From Octopus vulgaris (lineage: Eukaryota), in the NCBI GenBank assembly GCA_951406725.2, contig OX597840.1, positions 7,192,001 to 7,256,000 of the forward strand: 64,000 nt of DNA, given 5' to 3'. Shown piece by piece: positions 1 to 10,647 of the stretch (its first letter is position 1; every line of letters begins with the position of its first letter). Below the pieces are notes generated by a model. That model was not told the origin of the DNA. It searched no databases and was given only the letters and a program-made list of their open reading frames with translations. The translations under genes were made by a program, and so were the position numbers.

Positions 1-1283
1 TATTTACTAGATAAAACCAGCTGATCAATGCCGAAAATATTAAACTGTTGATCAACACACAACACTGTGTGTACACGTATACATGTATGTATATCAAACC
101 ATCTGGTCTATAACCATTGTAGAAATATTACTAAAACCCCTCAAATTAAGTAAAACATTAGATAATAATCCCATTAAAAACAGCCACAAATAGTTAAACA
201 AGTAAACAATATTTCCCTCTTTTAACTAAACAAATTTTGATTACATTTTTCAGGGAAATGAAAGTAAAGAAAACTGATGTGATCCATCTTGGACCAGAGT
301 CATTGGGTGACAGTCAAAAAGTTGAATAAAATGTAGACCTATATACTAAACATTGTAGTCACAATAACAGAGCCAGCAAGATTGTACCGACTCCAGTAAT
401 GGTACACCTTCTGCCAGTTGTGGAATTTCAGCAAGAGTCACAGTCATTAAAATTTGTACTGACTCAAACATAAAATACATAAACCGTAATAAAACAGCTA
501 GTTTACTAACCGCATCAACTCCAATTAAAGGTTAACTGTAATGATAGCACATAACAGCTAATTCCACAAACTCGATTATTTTTCAGCATTAAAAAAAAAA
601 TATATATAAATAAATAAAAAATAAATAAATTTAAGGTCTTCAATTAAGGAGGATCTGATAGAAGCAATTCTGTAAGAACAATATGTTAGTAAACTTCTGG
701 ATTAGATTTTTGATTTAACCCTTTTACTATAGGGTTTCTTTAATAAATATCACAGGGATAAACCTTTTTAATAACTTGTTATATAATGTCGATTTTATAA
801 AGTGAAATAAATGTTTGTTACAATGACAGAGCATTAACTATTTTGAAACCAACCCACCCATCCAGAACCAACTCTGGTTCAAAGTAATCTAAATTAAAAC
901 ATTAAAATTTCATGTTAATTTGCATTATCAAACACCAGCTTAATGGCCAAGTTGCTTTAGTAAATTCATAATTTTCGAACTCAACAGAAATATGGTAGCA
1001 AAAGTGTTAACATATTTCTATTGAAATACACTGCGATTGTTTCATTTAATTTTGAAATTAATGAAGAATTTGCTTAAGTAATTTGGTCGTTATCAAGCTG
1101 ATGTTTAGAAAATAAATTAGCATGGAATTTTGATGGAAAGTTTTAATCTTAGAACACTTTACAAGTTGACGTTTGTATCAGATACCAGAGGCTCCGAAGT
1201 AGATTTTTAAGAACTAAAAAGTAACTTGATTGTGAGCTTTCAAGCGATAAGAAATACAAATACAGGAGTTGGAATTTGAAAGT

Positions 1284-1502
1284 TTAACCCTTTAGCATTC
1301 AGATTACTATCAAGCATAATGCTTAATTATTTTCATTTTTTCAGTTAATCATGCATTGCCTCATAGCTTTGCAATTTCAATAATGCAATCGTTTATTGGT
1401 AGAATGATTAGAGCATGTATGAGACCATATCTGGCCAATTTGAACAAAATACAGGTAGATTAGTTGTGCTGGATATGGCTATTTTAAATGCTAAAAGGTT
1501 AA
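1284..1502 (+). mobile_element. piggyBac-type MITE (TTAA-flanked)
   Basis: ttaa-ccctttagcatt ... aatgctaaaagg-ttaa; related copies at 4771-4979 and 53482-53710. Confidence 0.75.
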
Positions 1503-2759
1503 CATTTCCACGAGTCTAAGATAAACCAAAAATTCTTGCCCACGTTAGCTAAAAGTTTGATAATTTTAACAATAATTAAATTATTTCAGATGAATCAAAT
1601 TTCTCATGAAAGGTTAACTGCTTTATATAATTCAAGGGTACCATGAGAACAAGAGATATGATCCCTTACTAGGGTTCACTTTCAGGTGCCAAATAGATTA
1701 CAATTTTCAGAACTGCAAAGTAACAGAACACGTTCCACTGCAGTTGGTCAAAGAAGATAAAAATTGGTGGATACTCAGCCAATAGTGAGACAGACACTTC
1801 TGGAATGAAAATATACTTCTTTATTGAGTATAACTTAACTATACCTTAATGTATTTAGATGAATGCATGAAAAGGTAAGTAAAAATAAATTTAAGGAGTA
1901 CAATAAATCCTTTATTCTGGTATTTAGAGTCTCCCCCTTTCCTTTATAATCACAAAGAAAGTTGTGAAGACTTGCTAGTTTTGTCACATTTTAGTGAAAC
2001 ACTGACAGCAATGGGTGTACATTCATTTCAAGCAAACTAAATTATTTCATAGAAGTGAAAGAAATGTACACTTAGCATTTCACAAAAGTACGTTGAATAA
2101 TCTGTTCAGTTGCATCAAGTTCACTACTGCATTTGTGGTCTGCTCAATGATTCTCAAAAGGCAAAATTGAAGTAACTGGTAACACAATGTATGCAGAGCA
2201 GTGAAAGTCATAATTAGAACTTGTAATTTATTTAAAGCCACAAACACACAGAGACACACACTCAAGATTAGAATTTTTTTAGACTATTCACCTCATCTTT
2301 ACAAACAATTTTGTATTCAAACTAAATCTTAATTAGTTTGATCATCAATGCCAGCCGTTGTTCCTGGACAATTACAGAGGACAAGATAAGCTAAAATCTA
2401 GTCTTGTACTGTGTACACATCCACAACAGGCATCCAATGATTGAATAGTATATGGGTATGTTAAACATCTCAAAGATGAGATTAATAGTCCAAAACAATA
2501 AAACTACTTCCTTAACATCTCAGACATTTAATCATATATACAAGAAACTATAGCACTCATTGACATGTGGTTGTGAAACTTTCCTAGTATTTTTATAAAA
2601 TCAAAATTCCCCTTAATTACCTAATCAAGAGGAAATATTAGAGAACATTCAAAAGGATTAAAAGGGGAGATATATATATATATATATATTTTAAAAAAAC
2701 CTGATTTTTTTTTTTTTTTTTCAATATGAAAAGACAGCATCACAAAATAGTTTACTTAC

Positions 2760-2821
2760 CAAGTTGAGACATGGTCACTAGTGAGTGATCCTATCAGAAT
2801 AGCTGTTATCACAATGAGCTG
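2760..2821 (-). other. Candidate 62-nt downstream exon
   Basis: Branch-like ctgACTAAT, acceptor ttcttctag|cag (NAGNAG), donor TTG|gtaagta. Confidence 0.5.
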
Positions 2822-4770
2822 CTAGAAGAATTCAACATTAGTCAGAATACAACAGTACTAACTGTCTAGAAGTAGACAGGAGCAGACATTTCCAGATTCA
2901 TGGCCATGTTCAGCTTGGAGAAACAATAGTAGTCCCCTTCTTTCCTTATCAGTAATCCAATCTTAAAACAGAAACCAATGTGGTCAATTATCAGATCAAA
3001 CACTTGAAACTGTGGAATTATGTTACCATTTTTTCTGGTCCATTCCATAACTTCATTTCAAGTGGCAAAAGTCAAACCTGAACTCAGCAAGATTAAATCC
3101 TCTCCATGTAAAAAATAAGATCTTAAATTTCAAATTTTTACTTTGAAAATAAAATCTACATAGATGAATCTCTTAGATTCAGATATTTATTATGCATTCT
3201 CATTTCAAAATGTGGTTGAGCTTAAATGCATACATTGTATTTTTTAAGTAATTGGTAGTTTCTTGTAATAAAATCGATACTACAAGATACTGATATCACC
3301 TTATTTACAAGTATCTGCAAGTTGTAATGAAATAAAAAGATGATGTCTAAATGTATCTAGGAGTTTCTTGTATTGAAATTAATATTACAAGATGTTGGGT
3401 ATCTCCCACTTCTGATGATAGTCACAATCCTTAATATATACTCTCAATGTTGAATCTATAGAGGGAATGAAAAAAGGTTTCCAAGTTTAAGTGCTTGGCC
3501 AAACACCAAAGGTTTTTGATATTTGTTACAAAAATAAATTCAAATAAATATTTATACATTTTAATACTGTTACATGCTAATTGCACTATGGTCACGGTAA
3601 GTCATTGGGACAAAAGCCATCTGCTTCAGTTGCATGAAGCCATACTGATGTCACAATAAAAGGGAACAATATTCTTCATAAAGAAATCTTTAAGAATTCT
3701 AAATCCAGTTATCAGTATCAGTTTGTGGGATTTTGAGACAGAATCCAGGTATTTTGGAAAAAAAAAAATGTAAAAAAAAAAAAATATCAAGCACAAATTA
3801 ATAAAGCATTTAAGTTTCATATAAACATGCACAGTTTAATACACCAATTTTTGTTATGAGAATTTATGGTTTCCTAAAACAATTTTTTAAAGAATTGATG
3901 AAAAAGCAAGTGATGGAAATCAATGAAACCTTAATTCCAAGTATCTTAGATCAACCTTTATTCACTAAAAGTGTGTAAGACTGACAGAAAGACCAAAGAA
4001 CTAAAAACTAAATGAACAAGTTTTAAAAAGACAACAACCAACTTTAATACTTCATGGAATTGAGTCACCAGAAAATAAATTGTGAACTGACATCAAAAGC
4101 ATTTTTAAAATGATGAAAGGGAAAATGCTTCCATTCAGGATACACACTTTATCCATCAACAAACAGTTAAATAATTATCAGAAATTAATTTCATTACAAA
4201 TAAATTTATAGTAGTTAGCAAGTTGACATTTCAGCTTTTAAAAGTAGGAAATGTTCATTCAAACTTAAGATATCTTGATTGTAGTTTTTAAGTAAAATCA
4301 AAGTGTAAGACCTTTAAATATTTGCTACTGTTCCTTCATATTGAATGGAAAGAATTTAACTGCAACATTTTAAAATGTTTAAGCATTACTTGGAAACCTA
4401 TTTTACTGAAATAACCACACTTATAAAAAAAAAACCCTGGTACAAATCATATTTCCAAAGGAAAATAAGTTCCAATACAATGAATTCACAGAAGTGACAA
4501 TGGAAAGTGATTAAGAAATTACTATTTCTTTTGACAGTTACATAAAGATTTTATACTAAAAAATTAAAATTACTTAGTTATTAACTTTTTTACACTCAAC
4601 TATCTTATTAACAAAATCCATTTGTAAGTTTGATTGAAACTTAATTAAATACTATTTACTTTCAAGACTAGAACCAAGAGGAAAAAATATTCTCTTAAAA
4701 AATGGGAAAAAAAAAAGACCTATAAATTATAAAAATATCAAATTTTAATAAATTCTTAAAACAGGTTTAA

Positions 4771-4979
4771 TTTACTCAAACATTTAAACTGGCCGTAACA
4801 GGTCTAAATATTCTATCTAGTTTTATATTCAAATTGGCCATGTGGCCTCTCACAGCTACCCTACAATATCACACTAAAAATAATCACATCAAAAGTTAAA
4901 TGAAAAAGCATAATTCAAAGCAATATGAATAAATTAGCAATACATTTGACAGAGTAATTCTGAATGCTAAAGGGGTTAA
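4771..4979 (-). mobile_element. piggyBac-type MITE, inverted copy
   Basis: Ends ctgaatgctaaagggg-ttaa; reverse-complement similarity to 1284-1502. Confidence 0.65.
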
Positions 4980-6986
4980 ATAAGAAAGGAAGTTATTGAT
5001 AGAGTCATAGATACTCAAAGATTGATAGAAAATAGATTATATCAAGGACTGGGGACATACTGAATTTGTTATGGACCGGATACTTTCAATCAATCTACAT
5101 TTGACTTTACGTCAAAAATACAAGTTTACCTGTCATCATGAGGTATTTTCATGGATGTGTAGATAACCTAAAGTAGAGGACTGACTTCCTTACCCACTAT
5201 ACAAGCAACGAGAGAGAAAAACAGTTTGGTGGAATGAACATGTTGAGATCAACTTATCTCAGATTTTAAGTAAGGAAGTGGAGGAGAAAAAAAAAAAAAA
5301 CAATTTTCATCAAATATCAAATTTAATTTGCATTAAAACTATCTTTTTGTTTTGTTTTTGCCAAATCTGTATGTGCATACATGCAACATGAGGCAAAACA
5401 AGGCTAATCAATTCTTGATAAAAAAATAACCAAAATCATAATAGTTACTGAAACACTAATTCCTCTATTACATCCAGTAAATAATCAAAAGGAGAAACAT
5501 ATAGAGAAATATCTCATTGAATATAGTTAACTATAGTAAGAGAATGTTTTAAAAAAGTACCTTTGACCAAATATTCAAAAATGGAATCCTCAAGAAATAT
5601 GCTTGACATATGCCAAAACAAGTATCAGATAAAATAGACCACTAACAATTTACAAAATTCATTACACATATTTAAGCATTACAATGAATTTAGGGTTGGG
5701 ATGAAAAGAAAAAAGGGGTTAGAATAAGCAGCAAGCTCTAAATCTTCCCTACAACATAGATTGGCCAAACCCACTTACCATACAACAGCTTTAGGGTATA
5801 AGCCTTATAGAACAGTGGTGACCAGTTGAATACATACCTGCATTTCAGATCCACATGCTGGTATTCAGTAGCACAAGGATTCTCCAAGTAATTCATATTC
5901 CAACAAGGTACTTCGTATTTCATCCAAACAAGGACAGAATTTAGAAAGCGTTCCAGACACTTAATTTGCATGGGAAGTTTTCAAAGTAATTGCCAAAATG
6001 AACAGAGTCCAGCCATCAGTATTTAAGTATGAAGTATTTAAAAAAAAAAAAAAAAACTAAATGGCTTTCTAAATCAAGAATTCTTATGTAAACTTAAGTT
6101 GCACAAGTACTGTTCGTCAAATGGGAAGAGAATCAGAACCGTCGAAGGAGAAAAACGGTTGATGATATTGCAGGAAATTAAGATATAATTGCAGAAGAAA
6201 TTCCCATTTTATCGGGTGAATTTCTCCCCTCACTCTTTAAATCAGAGATGCTGGTATTTCATTTGCATAATACTTCTCAATATCATTCAAAAGTTCTACT
6301 TTTCAGTGAAATTCTTTATATCAAGGACTATTTGGTGTAATTTTTCACATCATGTTATATAACTGTATATATATATCAGGTCAAGAAATATATGTATCAA
6401 ACTTAGGTGAAAAAGCTTATACGGTATAAAGTTCATCTTGGAAACTTTCAGGATTTCCATGCTTCGAGTCTTCATAATCAAATTAAACAAAAGAACTTCA
6501 GAAAATCAAATGAGCAAGGGATGGATATTGCTTCAGGCATCACAAGTTCGTTCCAAAGTTAGTGATTGAAGTGGATCAACTTTTAAAAAGAAGGCACTAC
6601 ATGAAAGAATTAAGGAATGGGGAGTGGGGGTATGATGAGTAGATAGGGGGGCAAAATAAAAAGTTTACTGATCCAAGTAGAAATGATTTCAAGACCCCCT
6701 CATATCATTTTAAAATTAAATGCTTGGGTTACGTGGAATCTAAGTGAAATCATCAAATTGTCTCATAACAATTTAGTATCTTTGCATGGATGTCGTATTT
6801 CTGCAATATTGTTGTTGCTGATACAATTTCCGATACCTACCAGTATTCATACAACACAAGTGACATGACCAAATGGCGCAGTATTAGCTTTCACAAAAGA
6901 ACTTATGTTCTATATTATCATCATCTGTGCCGAGTTGTCAAGAGCTACCATTATCTTGTCAATCATCGAATTTCTTCCATACTTAC

Positions 6987-7017
6987 CAAGGGAAACACTG
7001 TAACCAATTATGCCAAT
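6987..7017 (-). other. Candidate 31-nt downstream micro-exon
   Basis: ccaatttttctag|ATTGGCATAATTGGTTACAGTGTTTCCCTTG|gtaagta. Confidence 0.5.
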
Positions 7018-7065
7018 CTAGAAAAATTGGCTGACAATTATTCGTTACCACATTCACTCTAGCCT

Positions 7066-7625
7066 AGACAGTTTTCTACAGGTAAGACAATTTTCTTAGA
7101 TTTAGAAAAAACACAAAAGAGTTTTAAAAACAGAGAGTGGTAGAGGTAGTTTTTCTTAAGAAAACTATCTAGAGATAGTTTTCTTAAACAGAAAGAAGCA
7201 GATTTCATACAGATAGAGACAGTTTACTTTAACACAGAGAAGCAGTTTTCTTAAAACACACAATAAGTTTTCTTGGAAAGAGACAGTTCACTTAAACAGA
7301 GAGGGAAAGAGAGATAGTTTACTTAACCCTTTTGATACCAACCCATCCGAGATTGTCCCTATTTAAGACACAGGCTTAAAATTTTCCATTTAAATTTCAT
7401 GTTAATTTGTTCCAAACATCGGTCAAAGTTATTTTACTATATTCATTATTTTCAAAATGATTTTAAAAGGGTACATTTGAACAGAACTACAGTAACAAAA
7501 GGGTTAAACAGAGTTTTCTTAAACAGAGACAATTTCCTAAAACACAGAGTTTCCTACACATTCTCACAAACCACAAGTATTTCCATGTGCAGTTTCTTAG
7601 ATAAGTGCACATAGTTACTTAGACT
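7066..7625. repeat. Degenerate minisatellite of about 20-nt units (consensus ~AGAGACAGTTTTCTTAAAC)
   Basis: More than 10 imperfect copies of cagtttt/acttaaac, interrupted by the 7323-7507 MITE. Confidence 0.65.
7323..7507. mobile_element. piggyBac-type MITE, second family (related copy at 834-1010)
   Basis: ttaa-cccttttgatac ... gtaacaaaaggg-ttaa. Confidence 0.7.
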
Positions 7626-9230
7626 TGTGCACACACTCACACGCATTATGTAAAGTATGAAGTACACATAAGTTTGTGACAGACACTTTCCTGAACAGAA
7701 AACATCTATCACAGCTTGTCTGAAGAATTTCATTAAGTATAAACTTCAATAGTAACTAAGTTTACAAACAAATTGACTTTCAAATTTCCAAGTTTTTTAA
7801 CATTACAATTATGACATTATCCAAAATCATTTAAATATAATACTTAATGAGATTCTGAAATCAGACAAGCCAGTAAACATATACTGCATTCAGTTGTTGA
7901 GCCCATGCGTTACAGAAAGTTTTTCCCAGTCCTCCAGTTCACCTAGACTTTTACAGCAAAAATTTTACAGTGATTGCTTCCATTAACAGCAGGTATGGCT
8001 TCAAAAGATACACTGTACTACTAGTATACTAATGTTCACAAGTATACTTGAGTGGTTGCTGGCATAAATAAGCTATAGCTATGGTTATGCCAAGAGTTGG
8101 GTAAACTTGTATCTACATAAAATGATTGCAGAAATTTCAAGTATTTGGAATGCTTCATCCATTACATGTGTGACCTAACTGTTTATAGTCACAACTTGCA
8201 CCAAGACATGTTAAAATTTTTTCTTTTCTTTCTTTTGTTAATAGCCAGAGAAAAATAAAAATTAGCACAGTATTCAGAGTAGCAAATTTATTGACATTTA
8301 AAAATTATAGCAGTTTTTTAAAGTCTTTAGACATTAATTGATATTAAGCAAATCATTCCATTGTTTTCTATTTGCTTTGCAAAATTAGAAAACTTTTTTC
8401 TTCCAATGAATGTTTGAAATTACAACAAATATCTCATCCTATATACATCATATATGTATATATAATGTATATAGTTATTCATTTTAAATATTTACATTAA
8501 AAATTAAAATGTTTCATTGTAATAGCAAATGAAACAATTCCTTAATACCACTTCAGGGTGTGACAAAATGGATAAGCAAGAAATGAAAAGTCAAGCAGTG
8601 AATATTTATGATGAGGTTTACAATTCACCCTAATAAACTGCCATTTCATAATCCTCAATTTGCACAAGTTAATGCTTGATGAATACTTGGAGACTAAGAT
8701 TAGAGAAATTTGCCTTGCTCTCTCAAAGGAGTAATTTTCCCCCACAGTTTAGAAATATCTTAAAATGAATAGAAATCCTAGAATACAAGATTAAGAGAGT
8801 GTGTATGGTCCAAGTATCTAAACACTTGTTACATACATCTGCCAAATGTGTCTTGTTGAAAACAAGACTGAGAAATTGTGCACAAAATCTAATTGTATAA
8901 AAATGTATTTGGCATGTCATGGAAGGAGAGGAAGGGAAGTTGAAGTTTTTATTTCTATTTATCAGATTATCACAAGAAGCATTATTTTGAAGCATTAGCT
9001 TTTTTCTTTAGAAAACTAAATTAAGTATATAAAAACTTTTGAAATGATCAAATACCTCAAGGAAGAGGGCTGGTGTAAAATACACCCACACGTTTAAATA
9101 CAAGATGTAAAACTATAATGCTACTTTTGGTTTTATCAGGTTACACAGTGTACTTCAGACTTTAAAAGAAAATAGACTTCCCCAGAGCTATGACCAGCTA
9201 AAGAAAGAATTATTGTGAGGGACTCCTTAC

Positions 9231-9279
9231 CACTAACTATATAAATCTTGAATTGAAATCAGAGAAATCTGAAACCCTG
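9231..9279 (-). other. Candidate alternative downstream exon (QGFRFL*) of the DBHS gene
   Basis: Long pyrimidine tract ...ctccctctttgctgttcca(t)n-TAG|CAG| (NAGNAG); donor GTG|gtaagg; phase-0 reading stops after 6 codons. Confidence 0.55.
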
Positions 9280-9966
9280 CTAAAAAAAATGGAACAGCAA
9301 AGAGGGAGGAGCTAAAGAGGAAACAGCCCAACGATATCAAGTTCTCGACCATGACATGCCAAATCTGAAATCTAAAAAATGTGCTATAAGGAAGCAAATC
9401 AGAGAAAAAGAGTGTAATTTTTTCCCCTTTAAAAGATGACCAAACAACCATATTGACAACCAAATTTGATAGTTTAGGAACAAGATCATGTACCGTGTAG
9501 CTTCCCAATGCTACAGATGAGCCAGGGATGGCTTTGGGTAAGTGGCCAGAGCTTATAATAAAAGATGGCATCAATGAACAGGCCAAATTGCAGTGGCTTA
9601 TGAAGTACATGTGGCTTTTTGCATTTTACTTTTTTCCTGCAAGATCTTTTTAACACTAAGATAGGGAATAATTTAAGGAGCTCACTTATTAAAGTTGCTG
9701 CATGAGACAATGACATTACTGAGATGGAAAAACTCAAGTCATTGGCAGTAACACTTAAAGTTGTATTATCTTCAGTAAAGTTCAGTTTATAGGTATAGTA
9801 AGTCAGAAATGACTATAAGATCATCAGAACGACCCAAAAGAACATTTTGCCAAGATAATACAACTTCTATAAAGAAACAATGATTTTTAAAAAATTAATA
9901 AATAAAATGGAAAAAAAAAAAAAATCAGTTAAATCAGGCACAAAATTCAAGTTAAAGGTCACAATG

Positions 9967-9972
9967 TTTATT
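9967..9972 (-). terminator. Candidate polyadenylation signal of the main isoform
   Basis: First AATAAA on the minus strand after the stop (about 285 nt), followed by U-rich/poly-T downstream sequence. Confidence 0.55.
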
Positions 9973-10254
9973 AGACGGTTAAGTCGAAATGAATATGACA
10001 AAATCAGAGTCATGATGATGAAATCCTTATTTTAGACTATGAATAACCAGTGAAACACTGATATGAAGAGCACAAGGATGGTGACACCAACAAGTAATGG
10101 TTTTACTACTGTCCACTACATGATATTAAGTTCTCCAGGAATAAATTGATACATTTACAGTAAAAGTTAAGATAAATGAGTTGCTGTCAAAATAATGTCA
10201 ATGGCATGGGTGTAAAGTTTTTTTTTTGTTTTGTATCATTTTGTTTTTGTTTTT

Positions 10255-10647
10255 TTAATATCGCCGCATTCTTTTCATCTCAGCATAATCTTCTCTGTTG
10301 GCATTCTCTCTGCGTCTGTCCATCATGTTACCTCTGTCAGCACTATTTCCGCTTCCACTGCTTCCACCGCCAGCTCCGCCACTGCCGCCGCCACTACCTC
10401 CGCCGCCTCCTCCTCCTCCTCCACCACCTCGCATGCCACTGTTGCCAGCCCCAGGCATGTTCCCTCCCATATTGGAATTGAACAAGCTGGGTGGACCATT
10501 TGGTCCACCACCCATCTGACCACTACTGATAGGTGGGCCGCCACCGCCACCCATGGCACTGGCAGCACTGCTGCCCATTCCTGCTGACCCGTAATTGTCA
10601 GTACCTCCAAAGCTGTTATCCCCAGGTTGATCGTAGCGAGACTGACG
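10255..10647 (-). CDS. NONO: DBHS gene terminal coding exon (Gly-rich tail plus C-terminal NLS)
   Basis: ttgaacag|CGT CAG TCT CGC TAC: [15 protein letters not shown]...[12 protein letters not shown]; resembles the KRRRY* end of NONO/PSPC1; a second in-frame acceptor lies 6 nt further in. Confidence 0.92.
   Translation of the reverse strand, partial: RQSRYDQPGDNSFGGTDNYGSAGMGSSAASAMGGGGGPPISSGQMGGGPNGPPSLFNSNMGGNMPGAGNSGMRGGGGGGGGGGGSGGGSGGAGGGSSGSGNSADRGNMMDRRRENANREDYAEMKRMRRY

Noticed and set aside
6860-6970. Possible C/D-box snoRNA (ATGATGA on the minus strand near 6920) downstream of the micro-exon
   Set aside because: No CTGA D box or terminal stem found at a suitable distance.
7066-7625. 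Repeat-spacer-like pattern resembling a CRISPR array
   Set aside because: Units are degenerate and irregularly spaced, the context is eukaryotic, and there are no cas genes.
10176-10587. Plus-strand ORFs (poly-Pro, Ser/Ala/Thr-rich) overlapping the terminal exon
   Set aside because: Antisense shadows of the GGN-rich Gly codons of the real exon.
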